Shown: piece after piece, positions 1 to 13,395 of the stretch
How positions within the stretch are numbered: position 1 is the stretch's first letter
Layout: each line of letters begins with the position of its first letter
DNA from: Eledone cirrhosa
Lineage: Eukaryota
Direction: 5' to 3'
Length of the DNA: 64,000 nucleotides
Assembly (NCBI GenBank): GCA_964016885.1
Contig: OZ024755.1
Coordinates: 20,708,001 to 20,772,000, forward strand
Translations under genes and position numbers: made by a program
Notes under the pieces: model-generated
What the model was told of the DNA's origin: nothing
The model's input: only the letters and a program-made list of their open reading frames with translations
Databases searched by the model: none

Positions 1-235
1 TGCTATAGACTGGTGTCCTATCCAGGGGGAAGTCTTGTACTCTCAGTCGCTCCACACCACGAAAACCGGGATAAGCACCTGCCTGACCAACCTCCGGGCT
101 AGCGAGACAGAATTTAACCCTGCGATGGACTAGTGTCCTGTCCAGGAGGGGGAGGTCTTGAACTCTCAGTCGTTTCATGCCACAAAAACCGGGAGCACCT
201 GTCTGACGTGCCCCCGCGCTAGCGAAACAGACATT
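1..235 (+). mobile_element. Two tandem 3' portions of SINE family B (CORE/V-domain-like)
   Basis: Repeated block ccctgcgatggactagtgtcctgtccagg...tactctcagtcg...aaaccgggataagcac, also seen at 4030-4140, 14746-14950 and inverted at 22570-22810. Confidence 0.65.
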
Positions 236-307
236 CGACTTAGTTTCCAGTTGAAATTATTTATTTTCGAGAACTGATTCCAGAGACCATTAATATCTTC
301 AACATTG

Positions 308-705
308 GTGGTGCATTGGCAGTATCGGTAGAGGGTCAGACGCCATGCTTTGCAGCACAGTTACGTCCCTTTACGGACTGAGTTCAAATCCCGCCGAGGT
401 TAACTTTGCCTTTCATCCTTACGGGGTCGATAAAATAAAGTACCAGTAATACACTGGGATAATTGCTGGCCTTGTGCCAAAAGTTGAAATAATTATTATC
501 TTCAACAAAAGCCGCGGTGGATTGGCAGTATCGGTAGAGGGTCAGACGCCATGCTTTCCAGCATAGTTATGTCTCTTTATGATCTGAGTTCAAATCCCGC
601 CGAGGTTAACTTTGCTTTCCATCCTTACGGGGTCGATAAAATAAAGTACCAGTAATGTACTGGGTAATTGCTGGCCTTGTGCCAAAAAGTAGAAACAATT
701 AATAT
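308..705 (+). mobile_element. Two tandem copies of tRNA-derived SINE family A (~190 bp each)
   Basis: A-box-like TGGCAGTATCGG, B box GAGTTCAAATCC, central gcctttcatccttacggggtcgataaaataaagtacc (resembles Meta/MESC SINE domain, from memory), AT-rich tail; about 30 full or partial copies in window. Confidence 0.85.
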
Positions 706-1071
706 CTTCAACAGTTGATCATATTTGAAAACTGGTTGAGATATCGTTATTTCACAAATCTGTCATACGTCTAACAATTAGTCTTACGACAACTATCTGT
801 CAAATTATTCAATACGACATTATTTCTCGTTTCTGTATTCTCATATTTTAATTCACCTGATACCATGATAAGGCATTCATATTCATTGTCTACTTTTCGA
901 CGACATAATACTGCACATTAGTAGAGGAGGCGGTGGAATGATGGATTGAGGACGAGATTGTAGCGGCGTGTCTATTTTTCTCAATGGTATTATTCGTAAT
1001 GTCAGCAAAGGGAATTAATTGGTTTCAACTAGTAATCAAAATCTGAGTGGCGAACAGTTCGCGACAATTTA

Positions 1072-1251
1072 TACGAGGGTCGGCTGAAAAGTTCATAGGA
1101 TGATTCTGAAGGAGTGGGGCTACAGCTGCGAAATCTTGCATTTCAATTAATTTCAATTTCTTCTTATTAATAACTGCATTGTTTCTTTCCAGGGACTATG
1201 TTTAAAAAATAAACCTCATTTGGTAATTCCATGAGAGTATCTTGGTCAGCC
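1072..1251 (+). mobile_element. Mariner-like MITE, partial
   Basis: Starts TA-CGAGGGTCGGCTGAAAAGTTC; homologous to the split copy at 13601-14543. Confidence 0.6.
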
Positions 1252-1624
1252 AGAAATCTAATATTAGCTTTTTTCTTTTCCTTCTTCTTTTATTTGTAGA
1301 CAAGATACAAAAGACCCTAAATTTTACGAGGTCGTAATAAAATATTAAAAGCGTTACAACCATGACTATCCCATCCTTTTCGTATATCTACAACAGGTTT
1401 AACGTGTTCCTCTCATTTTAATATGACAGAATATGATCTAAGGAGTATTTGACTGCTGTATCTTGCAAGTCAAACGTCCGTTAAAAATGGGAGTACTACA
1501 ATTTGATTCATCGAAGGAACCGTCTGTAATTTGGGAGATGATGGAACTTTCAGGCTGGATGTATCTTTTGATTTTCAGATAGTAATCTTTCGGGAGCTGC
1601 AGCCCTGATACCAACTTTATATAA

Positions 1625-1812
1625 TTGATTTTACTTTTGGCACAAGGCCAGCAATTATTCCAGTGCATTACTTGTACTTTATTTTATCGACCTCATAAGG
1701 ATGAAAGACAAAGTTAACCTCGGCGGGATTTGAATTCAGATCGTAAAGGGCCGTAACTCTATGCTGAAAAGCATGGCGTCCGATCCTCTACAGATACTGC
1801 CAGACCCCCCAC
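1625..1812 (-). mobile_element. SINE family A
   Basis: Reverse complement of the family A consensus. Confidence 0.85.
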
Positions 1813-2669
1813 CAACTTTATATAATGTAGCTATACTTCTGCAGTACAGCTACATCTGAACCACTGAATGGGTGTGAAACTGCAGTTTTGTTATACGGGG
1901 GAAGTGAATATACTTACCTAAGAGGATTTATATATTAGTTTTCTGCTTATCATTGTAATATCGACGTTTTTTTTGTTGTTTTATTGTCAAGCCTGATCCA
2001 GCAAATATATACACAAAGGCATTCTAGTTGTGGCCATCCCATCGCTAGCGACATAATTTATCTTACCCAATCGTGAGGTTGTGAGTTGGATTCATGGGCC
2101 GGATGACGAGTTATATCCTTGACCAAGACGTTATTTCCCATTGCTCTTTCTGACACGTGTTGCGACCGGTAGATAGTATTAGCGATTGGAAAAGACCAAT
2201 GGAAGTATTGTTTCCTTGGTCCAATCTGACAAGGTCCACCCCACTTGGTAAGTGAATGAGATCTGGGATCTTGTCGATTAGCATAATATCATAGTAGCCA
2301 ATACGTCCTTCCTTTATAAAGGAGGGATGAATGTCATGTGAGAGAGAATTGGCTACACTTTCTAGCAGATATAAAAACTATGTGATGTAACATTGTTTGT
2401 GATTGTATTTGGGGTGATACTACCATTTTCTTTCTTTCCTATTGTTTGTTAAAAGTCCAACATTGAAAGTAATTATTTATTTTTTCTAAGTATACATTTA
2501 ATGTGGGTTGATTTATAATATTATTCTCTGGTGTTAGTGACATGTATCCAATGACTTACATTTAAAAAATCCTTGTTAAAAGTATACATGAATATTTTTA
2601 CACCAATCACTCACACACAGTCAAATTCGTATTCATATTTGTAACTTTAAAAAATACATTACCTACGAG

Positions 2670-2957
2670 CAAGGGCCTTGTTCAGGGGGGGTACCAGGGG
2701 ACAAGTCCCCCCCCCCCCTCCTACACACACTTTTTCAAACGTCTATATTTTATTTTTTGTTTATTTGATATAATAAATTCTTTTTAAGCTTATTTTTTCA
2801 TATCTAAACTTCATTTGAATATATAAAATTTAATTAGCGTAAAATTTTACTTATGTGATAAGATCCGGGAAAGGCATCAAAGCAATACTAACATGCCCCT
2901 TTAAGAATCAACAAATGTTGGTTTGTCCTCATATTTTTAAGGCAAACAAAGCCCCTG
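2670..2957. mobile_element. hAT-superfamily MITE
   Basis: Imperfect TIRs caagggccttgtt / aaacaaagcccctg; perfect 8-bp TSD CCTACGAG (2662-2669, 2958-2965); second copy at 38192-38537. Confidence 0.85.
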
Positions 2958-3350
2958 CCTACGAGATATAATACAGCAAAATATATTCATATATATGGAA
3001 AGACATTTGTTTAAAACATTCTGTCATAACATAGTCTTCATTCCTCTCACTACTTATGAATTAAACATTGTATGTTTTCATTCATAGAAAGAATTAATTT
3101 TGTTAGCTGTATAGTTTACAGCTTTATATAATTACTTTCATTTGTTTTTGTTGTTATTGTTTTTAAAGACAATAAAAAAAAAGGTCAATATCCATGACCC
3201 TTTTTGACCTCCTTATTCAATTTGAATATCTGCATCAAGAAAAAGAGTACGGGGAAAGCTCAGGTCCTGTACTGTGTTCTTGTATAATAGGGATTCAAGT
3301 CTGCTAAAGCCAGCCAAATACAAGATGGCCGTGTTCAATGGATGTCGTGA

Positions 3351-3387
<37 letters not shown>

Positions 3388-3660
3388 CAAATATATATAT
3401 ATATATATATAATGTCCAGATCTAGTGACCGCAGTAGTCAACAAGGAATGCAAATAATATATATATATATTTATAACATTTTACGTCCATTTTTCCATGC
3501 TTTCATGGGTTAGATTTGAGAGTGTGTATGTATGTGTGTGTAAGAAATAGTGTGTGTGTGTGTGTGTGTCTGTGTAAGGAGTTATTAACATTCATTAGAT
3601 TTCAGTTTAATACAGACAACGATAATACCATTGACAGAATAACTGTGAAAGATGTCTTAC

Positions 3661-3792
3661 CTGGTGCAGAAACTGTTCCACTAGAGGGAGCTACTTTGTC
3701 TCCTTGTTTCTTGGATCTTGACTTTTTCACTGGACGGCGAGGTCTCTTAGGCAACCTCAAACCAATGTACATAGCCTGTCTATGATCCGCAA
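3661..3792 (-). CDS. SLC4: Internal coding exon of an SLC4-family (Na+-coupled) bicarbonate transporter, N-terminal cytoplasmic region
   Basis: Acceptor ttttattatattttgtag and donor CAG|gtaag; 132 bp, phase 1/1; translates (x)ADHRQAMYIGLRLPKRPRRPVKKSRSKKQGDKVAPSSGTVSAP, matching the SLC4A4/7/8/10/NDAE1 motif HR..YIG(V/L)x(V/L)P followed by a basic cluster. Paralog cannot be determined. Confidence 0.75.
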
Positions 3793-4029
3793 CTACAAAA
3801 TATAATAAAACAGAATTGAAACAATGGTTGTGGTAGCTGTTTGGAAAAGATCATGAATGTTTAGTTATTTATCAAAGTCTAGAATATATTTAGTCGATAA
3901 TACATTGGGTAATGACCGAAAGAATACCATCACGAATACAAGCGGCCGAAATGGGTTTTTTTTTTCGAAGGGTCTATGGAGTAACGTTACTTGATAGAGT
4001 GTGTAGCTTGGAGTTCAGAGAGTCACACC

Positions 4030-4140
4030 AGTATACTCAGCTGAAAATAAGTACCAGCAGTTACTGGGGAGATTAACCCTGCGATAGACTGCCATCCTGT
4101 CTAGGGTGGGTAGAATCTTGTACTCTCAGTCGCTTCAATA
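4030..4140 (+). mobile_element. SINE family B fragment
   Basis: cagctgaaaataagtaccagc...ttaaccctgcgatagactg...tactctcagtcgcttca. Confidence 0.65.
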
Positions 4141-4142
4141 AA

Positions 4143-4340
4143 TTGGTGTCCCCTCCTCTCTTGATGCCCTGAACATGTATAAAATGGTAGCCCTCATCAC
4201 TTGATGCTCTGAACATGTATAAAATAGTCTCCATCGTCCATTGATACCCTGAACATGTATACGATGGTGTCCCCTCCTCCCTTGATGCCCTGAACATGTA
4301 CAAAATGGTGGCCCTTTTTCTTTGATGCCCTGAACATATG
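4143..4340. repeat. ~41-bp minisatellite, ~5 copies
   Basis: Unit tggtgtcccctcctctcttgatgccctgaacatgtataaaa. Confidence 0.85.
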
Positions 4341-4783
4341 ATTATTTTGGTTAATCGTTAATCAAGCCCTGCCGAAATCAAAACCTATCCCATCGCCTCA
4401 GTTTGTTTTGCCATCACTATTTGCATCACATTCACCAAACTCAACTCTAAACACTTTGCTCAGTTTTTTTACTCTCAGCTGGAATTCTCTGCTGGTCAAC
4501 GTTTTAACATAAAGACATAAAGACATTAATCTATAGAATTTCAAATGAACATTAGCTGCATGGATCCTATCTGTCTGAGGAGTGAGGGTGCGTGGGTATG
4601 GTTGGGGAGAGGGACTTACAAAAAAAAAAAAAAAAACCTGGCAAAAACCAACTAAATGATACAAAGAAATTGTAAACCATAGAAATTCGATTGTTAAAAA
4701 TTTGTTAGTTTTCTGAAACAGCAATATTACAATACGTAAATGCTAATCATGTTATTGCAAAGGCGTTTGAATGTAGGTGGTAC

Positions 4784-4830
4784 TAATTCCTTCATCTGTT
4801 AACTTGGAGCTTTCTGTTACATTCTTCATT
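4784..4830 (-). CDS. Possible upstream SLC4 exon (47 bp)
   Basis: Acceptor tatcttgttcag; MKNVTESSKLTDEGI ends in phase 1, compatible with exon 3792-3661; donor gtacca is weak. Confidence 0.25.
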
Positions 4831-5016
4831 CTGAACAAGATATACAACCAGTGCGTGACAAGAAGTATGAATATCCTCATTAAAACTTTACTGGTATATA
4901 AAATTATGTTTCATATATCAACATACGACGAAGTCTTTAATTGATGTATTATGGAAACGAGAATGAAATGGAAAGAATTAGATCCTATGAAATATATATA
5001 TATATATATATATATA

Positions 5017-5198
5017 ACGAAGGAAATGTGGTAAGGAACCAGATGGACCATAACGCACCAAAGTACTCAATACTTAGGGTAGTAGAGTGGGTAATATGAA
5101 CGAGTAGGACCCCGACGGCTGAGCTCAAGCCGTTTCGACGGCTAATTCTGGACTAAAAAGTATTCCAGAATTAGCCATCGAAACGGCTTGAGCTCAGC
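5017..5198. mobile_element. Fold-back element family F within (TA)n (Penelope pLTR-like)
   Basis: ~35-bp inverted arms at 5118-5198; homologs at 54975-55162, 60261-60445, 62100-62140 and 62575-62610. Confidence 0.7.
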
Positions 5199-5210
5199 TA
5201 TAGATATATA

Positions 5211-5248
<38 letters not shown>

Positions 5249-5252
<4 letters not shown>

Positions 5253-5397
5253 ATGTGGTTGACGGCCGAGAGAGAAGAGTATTCAATACAGAAGTAGAGT
5301 TTAAATATTCGTTTTATTAAGGCTAAATAGTAAGTCTTGTTACTCTGGAGGAAGCAGGCGAAACTCGAGAGTAACATAACTCACTATTTAGCATTAA

Positions 5398-5405
<8 letters not shown>
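5249..5405. mobile_element. Fold-back element family G within (TA)n
   Basis: Inverted pair of gaaactcc/gagagtaacaagacttactatttagc; homolog at 62243-62360; shares the aagtactcaatac motif with family F. Confidence 0.6.
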
Positions 5406-6108
<703 letters not shown>

Positions 6109-6407
6109 TATCATAAAACATGTCTTTAGAATCACTAGATATAATATATACCATTTCCTCTCCCAGCATGACTTGGCAAGCTATTTAGAACACTGGTTTA
6201 ACCGCTTTACTTCCCTCCGAAGAAGAGATATTATCTCGAAAATTAAGGACATTTAAATAAATCTAAGGTAAAAGACTAATTGTCAACAATATCTTTTGCA
6301 TTTGCATTCTTTATTCTATGTCCATACCTGCATTGTTTTGGCTTTATTATACATATACAAACGTTTATACCTCGTTACACAATGCTTCAAGTGAACTATA
6401 ACCTCCT

Positions 6408-6443
<36 letters not shown>

Positions 6444-7578
6444 AAAGCAACTTGCTTCTGGCTTGGATGTCAAACTAATATATGAGCATCATTATTAGTG
6501 GTGGTGGTGGTGGTGGTGGTGGTGATATTGGTGGTGCTGTAGGTGGTTGTAGTGATGGTGGTACTGTTGCTGCAGATAATGTTTGTCAGTTCAGTTATTT
6601 AAACAATAAAACTAAGTCTTCGTTGCATTAATGAAACTTTCATGATACTTTAAAAACCCTGTTAAAGAACAAATTTCACCTAAAACTAAATATTTATTTC
6701 CCCTTTTTTCGAAATCGGGAAGCTAATGTTCAGTTAATTAAGAAGCACTCATAAAATAGTCAAGGACTGGGGTCGATTATTCCTCTATATCTTTCTCATT
6801 CTCTATCCTTCTCTGTATTCAAACCTGAAGAGGGATAGGCTATGCAAGGTTTTAAAAAATGCCCTAGAAACGCCGTATTTCAATATGGCGCCCGTACGAT
6901 TCCCACGGGAGTTACTGGACCATGCATGAATGCATGTTGTTGTTTCAGGTAAACTAAAGCTATCAAATCAGTTACTATGCATTATTTATATGTGTAGTAA
7001 TGCAAAAGTATACATTTTTGTAACTAATGAAGATAATAAAGTAATAAATATGAAGAAGGCAATAAATCAAATCATGCAATATGGCGGAGTTGATTGTCTG
7101 ATAGGCTATTATAAGTTTGTTCTATCTCTATACAGACATTCTATCGTATCTCTGGACAAGATACTTGACTCTACTTGCTTCAATGTAGCTTTTACGAATA
7201 TTACTTTGCATAGAAAGAATTCTTTTTTAAAAACAAATAACGAAACGGAATTAAATTTCGTTTCGTTTGTAACTCACTTTTGTATGACTGACATTTTTAA
7301 CTGAATTCTTTTTTATTACCCACTTAACAATCCGAAAACAAATATCTTTCTTTCAAACTAAAATCAGCCGGTTAATAGTTCAAAGTAAACATAAAATAAA
7401 GTACTTTATCTTTAAATTAGTTCGTTAATATCCAACTCTTCTTTGAATGATTATATTGAAAGATGAAAAAGATCGAAATATATATATCACAAAGAACTTC
7501 CGTCCAATTGTTTTTCCCCCGTTGTAAATCTTATGCTTCTTCGAAACAGAATCCCCCGCGTTACTAAACAGCATTAAA

Positions 7579-8305
7579 GGGCGTTGGATTGGCAGTATAG
7601 GTAGAGGCTCTGACGCCATGCTTTGCAGCAAAGAGTTTCAGCCCTTTATGGTCTGAGTTCAAATCCCGCCGAGGTTAACTTTGCCTTTCATCTTTACGAG
7701 GTCGATAGGATAAAGTACCAGTAATGCACTGGGCTAATTGCTGGCCTTGTGCCAAAAGTAGAAACAGTTATTAAACAGCATTTTTTTCTTTTTCTTTTTG
7801 TTTTATTATTTAGAAGAAAAAAAATGCATTTTCAGTCAACGAGCGTTTCTCTATGTGGCCACTTGATGAGTTAGAAATAACAGCCAAATCTCCATCAAAT
7901 CACCTGCTACCGCTTAAGAAAAGACTAGAATACATCGGATTGTGCAGTACAAATATAGGGCAGTGGATTGGCAGTAATCGGTAGATCATCGGACAACATG
8001 CTTTGCGGCATATAGTTACGTCCTTTTACGTTCTGAGTTCAAATCCCGCCAAGGTTAGCTTTGCCTTTCATTCTTGCGAGATCGATAAAATAAAGTACCA
8101 GTAACGCACTGGAGTCGATTTAATCGACTTTCCCCTTCCACAAACTTGTTGGCCATGTGTCTAAGTCAGAAACCATTATTGTTGCCTTTCATCGTTACTG
8201 AGTCGATAATATGAAGTACTAGTAATGTACTGGGGATCGACTTAATCAACTTTCCCCTTCCCTTCAAATTGCTGGCCTTGTGCCTAAAATCAGAAACTAT
8301 TATGT
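7579..8305 (+). mobile_element. SINE family A cluster (7579-7772, 7958-8180, partial 8180-8305)
   Basis: A/B boxes and family A core. Confidence 0.8.
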
Positions 8306-8392
8306 TATACAAATATCATGGATGGTCACACACATACAAAAATACATGCATATATAGGCGCACTCACTACACACACACACACATGTACATGT

Positions 8393-8433
<41 letters not shown>

Positions 8434-8992
8434 TCCGGGTGTATATGAAGTTAGATAATACTTCATCTAATAGCAAACCTTAACAAAAGATTCATTCTCT
8501 CTCAAACAGTATATCTTTAATAGTTCATCTCCTCACCTTATATTCCTTCTACAGTTTCAATGATATTACGTCACATGACCGGATGTTAGATGATACTACT
8601 ACGTCACATGCCCGGATGTCAGCCCTTCTGGCCTGCCACCTTACACATAGGTGATCATCTTCTACCTATATTTTACAGCTAACAGGATTATCTTATTGTC
8701 AGCAAATAATCAACCCGTTGTGTATTTCGTTTGCTTTTTGTTTGGTCTTTGTTGTTTTTTATTACGTTTATTTTTATGTGAATATATATATATATGTGTG
8801 TGTGTGTGCGTGTGGAGAGAGGGGGGGTTAGATGGATAGATGGACAGACAGACAGACAGAGATAGATACACAAACGGATAGATAGATAGGTAGATAGAAT
8901 GATATTCCATTATATAATAAATGTGATTGTTGCAAATGTTATTAAGAAGATCGTTTGACTTGTATGTTTTTTTGTTTTTTTTTAAATTATTA

Positions 8993-9421
8993 CTAGCAGT
9001 GGTACCCGGCGTTGCACGGGATAAGATATTGTGAAATATATAACCGCCTTAGTAAGCTTAGTATTGCCACAACCACGGCTGGCAAAGAAGTAAGGGTCTG
9101 GTGATGTCTTAAAACTGCACAACCACTGTCTGTATGTCTGCAGACAGTCAGACATACAGACAGATATTATAAGGGCGTGACGTTATATGTACGTATCTAT
9201 TTAAAACGAGAAAGACTAAGAATTATAAAGAGAGATCGCTAAATCGCCTAATGCGGTCCCTAGGGCATTGAAAATTTGAAATTTTTTTTGCTCAGAACAC
9301 TCCCCGAAACACTCCCATTACATGTGTAAAGTTTGAAAACAGTCGGTTGGGTGGTTCTCGTGTTTTAGGGATTCAAACTCACACACACACAGACAGACAT
9401 CCTCAGTTTTATATATATAGA
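8993..9421 (-). mobile_element. Non-autonomous Helitron
   Basis: Minus strand starts TCTATATATATAAAA, has internal (CTGT)n, and ends with hairpin cccgtgcaacgccggg then CTAG followed by T. Confidence 0.75.
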
Positions 9422-9979
9422 CTAGCAGAAAAACCGCCCATCGTGTGGTTTTCTGCTAGTATATATATATATTACACACACAGAAATGTATATATATTTC
9501 TGTGTGTGTATATATATATATATATATATACATTACACACACAGCAATGTATATATATATTTCTGTGTGTATATATATATATATATATTACACACAGAGA
9601 AATGTATATATATTTCTGTGTGTATATATATATATATATTTCTGTGTGTGTATATATATATATATATTACACACACACACAGAAATGTATATATGTTTCT
9701 GTAGCACTCCTCAATTCCCCCTCTCTCTCCCCCTCTTGTAGTCTGTCTCTTTCTTTCACTCTCTCTCTACGCGTACGCAAAAAACATTCGCACGGGCGCA
9801 CGTGTTTTAGCGTCTATTCACTCTCTCTCTCTCTCTCGCTATCCCCCTCTCGTAGTCTGTCTCTTTCTTTCACTCTCTCGCTACGCGTGCGCAAAAAACA
9901 TTCGCAAGCGCGCACGTGTTTCCACTGTCGGACAGACAGACAGACAGACAGAGAAATTGCTGGTTATATATTATAAGGA
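9422..9979 (-). mobile_element. Second non-autonomous Helitron, head-to-tail with the first
   Basis: Minus strand starts TCCTTATAATATATA plus (CTGT)n; ends in a hairpin and CTAG directly abutting the TC of the next element; internal ~120-bp duplication. Confidence 0.6.
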
Positions 9980-9986
9980 ATTATTA

Positions 9987-10381
9987 TGGCAGTATTGGTA
10001 AAGCTTCGCGGTATAGAATTACGGCCCTTTACGTTCCGAGATCAAATCCCGCCGATGTTATCTTTGCCTTTCATCCTTACAAGGTCGATAAAATAAAGCA
10101 CCAGTAATGCACTGGGGTCGATTTTATCAACTTTCCCCCTCCTCCCAAATTACTGGCCGTATGCCTATACTAGAAATCATTTGGCAGTATCGGTAGAGGG
10201 TTGGACACCATGCTTTCTAGCACAGTTACGTCCCTTTACAGTCTGAGTTCAAATCCCGCCGAGGTTAACATTGCCTTTCATCCTTACAGGGTCGATAAAA
10301 TAAAGTACCAGTAATGCACTGGGTAATTGCTGGCCTTGTGCCTAAAGTAGAAACAATTATTATTATTATTAGTAGTAGTAA

Positions 10382-10432
<51 letters not shown>

Positions 10433-10880
10433 GGCGGTGAATTGGCAGTATCGGTAGAGGGTCGGACACCATACTTTGACGCATAGAGTTATGGCCCTTG
10501 CCGTTCTGAGTTCAAATCCCGCCGAGGTTGACTTTGCCTTTCATCCTTACGGGGGTCGATAAAATAAAGTACCAGTAATGTACTGGGTAATTGCTGGCCT
10601 TGTGCCTAAAGTAGACACAATTAGTAGTAGTAGTAGTAGTAGTAGAAGGGCGGTGAATTGGCAGTATCGGTAGAGAGTCGGACGCCATGCTTTGCAGCAA
10701 AGAGTTACGGACCTTTATGATCTGAGTTCAAATCCCGCCGAGGTTGACTTTGCCTTTCATCCTTACGGGGTCGATAAAATAAAGTACCAGTAATGCACTG
10801 GGATAATTGCTGGCCTTGTACCAAAAGTAAAAACAATTATTATTATTAGTTGTAGTAGTAGTAGTAGTAGTAGTAGTAAT
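9987..10880 (+). mobile_element. Four tandem SINE family A copies separated by (TAT)n/(TAG)n tails
   Basis: Copies start near 9987, 10181, 10431 and 10649. Confidence 0.85.
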
Positions 10881-12663
10881 TTGTTTTTCTTCTTCATATA
10901 TACTGTCATTTATAATGTGATATCTAAAGTTTCTACCAGAAAAACAATATAGGTTACATACATAAAGGCATACATACTCCCGCATTCATACACAGACATA
11001 CACATATACACATACATACTTATACATAAATATTTATACATATACATATGCCTTTGTTTGAGTATGTTATGTGAGTGTATGTATGGATGACTGTATTTTA
11101 TATAGACACGCAATGAACATTATTTCTTTGTGTTTATTGACAGTGTTAAGGACCGGCCCTCTTGGTGTTTTAAAAAACATTTCTAAGTGTCTATAGATGA
11201 CGTCAGCTAAACAGAACTGAGGAGACAAATTAGACTTACGTAAAGGAAAAAGAAGAAAAAAAATCTAGGTTAATATTTTATTTTATTATATTTCATTACA
11301 GACACCTATAATTTATAAGTAGGTTATGTCCTTTTGTTTATATTCACTGCGAGAATGTTTTAATATTTAGGGTACTTTTACACGAGAGCTGTGGCTATTT
11401 TACTATTATGTTGCTTCGTAATAAGCACAGTCACTAGTTTCGTGAGATTTATACAACACTTCATTGTGGACGTTCGTTTACTTATCCAAATTTTGCTCTC
11501 TTTACTAACTGGGGCGTGAAGAGTGGCGTAACAGTCTGTACTTTAATGATAGTAGCAAAACCCACAGTTGTGATTTATAAGCATTATAACCGATTATATC
11601 ACTAGATGTTTATCTAAACATATGTAGGGCATATGCAGCGCCCCGTGTAAAGCTGGTAACAAGCGCAGGCCAGATGGGAATTGCTAGTCTTTTTTTTTGT
11701 TTTGTTATTGTTGTTTTTGCTCCTCCTGCCTATTAGCCATACGCTCCGTATCAGGCACCTTCAGCCTGCAGGTCATGACATGAGAGGCGACGAACTTACT
11801 ACAAAACTTTTACTATGGAAGCACACTCGTGTGAAATGCAAACGCAGGAATGAGATCTCAAGACACCTTTTTAACGTAACGTCAGTCCGTTGCAAAGTTA
11901 ACCCCAGCTTTTACTGATGCCCATATTTTTTTTCTTCTGCCATTGTGTAGATTTGAGCAACGTGAAATGAAGAGGTGGCTTGCTTAAAAATGCAACGCGT
12001 CATCTGGTCCAAGAATCGAACTGATTACATTGCGGTCATGAAATCAAACCCCCAACCATGATGCCGGGTGACTTCACATTAAACCCCCTATCACAAAGAA
12101 TATTATCAGAGTTTACAGAGATTACATCGGACACAGCTCCTAAGTAAATTATGGTTCCATTGCCGGTGCTATCTGCTAGTTGCAATTCTTGGCAGAAGGT
12201 GGGATTTGGATTCGAAACCTATGGGTGCCTCAAAGCCACCCACCCGCCCGACCTTTTAACAATTCCGCCAATCTACCGTCAAATGACTTTATTTATCGAC
12301 CCCGAAATGATGAAATGCAAAGTTGACCACGATGGGATTTGAACACAGAACCAGAACAAATACCGTAGTATTTAATCCAACCCTCTAATGACTTTGCTAA
12401 TTCGGTGCCCCCCGCCCCACCCACCCTTTTACGATAAAAATATACCAGTAATATACTACAGTTAATGAAATCAAATATAGGCCTGTCTGTCGGATGTGAT
12501 CTGGTCATGAGATTAAGTAAAGGAAATCGATAACGGATTTCAAATGACAAAACCATAATTCTAACAACACATGCGATATGTAGGAAACTAAAAAAATAAA
12601 TGTGAAAATATATAAATAAATAAACTACCTCTGGAAAAAAATCTCAATGTATTATTGACACAC

Positions 12664-13395
12664 AGTACCAGTAATGCACTGGGTAATTGCTGGCCTTGTG
12701 CCTAAAGTAGAAACAATTATTATTGTGGATTGGCAGTATCGGTAGAGGGTCAGACGCCATGCTTTCCAGCATAGTTACGTCCCTTTGAGGTCTGAGTTCA
12801 AATCCCGCCGAGGTTAACTTTGCCTTTCATCCTTACGGGGTCGATAAAATAAAGTACCAGTAATGCACTGGGTAATTGCTGGCCTTGTGCCAAAAGTAGA
12901 AACAATTATTACTTGGGTAATTGCTGGCCTTGTGCCGAAAGTAGAAACAATTATTACTAAGGCGGTGGATTGGCAGTATCGGTAGAGGGTCGGACGCCAT
13001 GCTTTGACGTATAGAGTTACGTCCCTTTCCATTCTGAGTTCAAATCCCGCCGAGGTTAACTTTGCCTTTCATCCTTACGGGGTCGATAAAATAAAGTACC
13101 AGTAATGCACTGGGTAATTGCTGGCCTTGTGCCAAAAGTAGAAACAATTATTACTTGGGTAATTGCTGGCCTTGTGCCGAAAGTAGAAACAATTATTACT
13201 AAGGCGGTGGATTGGCAGTATCGGTAGAGGGTCGGACGCCATGCTTTGACGTATAGAGTTACGTCCCTTTCCATTCTGAGTTCAAATCCCGCCGAGGTTA
13301 ACTTTGCCTTTCATCCTTACGGGGTCGATAAAATAAAGTACCAGTAATGCACTGGGTTATTGCTGGCCTTGTGCCAAAAGTAGAAACAATTATTA
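12664..13395 (+). mobile_element. SINE family A tandem array with 242-bp period
   Basis: Identical landmarks at 12814, 13056 and 13298; internal duplicated 3' tail. Confidence 0.85.

Noticed and set aside
308-495. tRNA genes
   Set aside because: A/B boxes belong to SINE heads; no cloverleaf or acceptor stem
1438-1668. 76-aa ORF as the next SLC4 exon
   Set aside because: Starts inside a SINE, has no SLC4 similarity and no matching splice sites
7440-7497. Hammerhead-like tctttg...gatcGAAAtatatataTCacaaaga
   Set aside because: No CUGANGA core and no stem II
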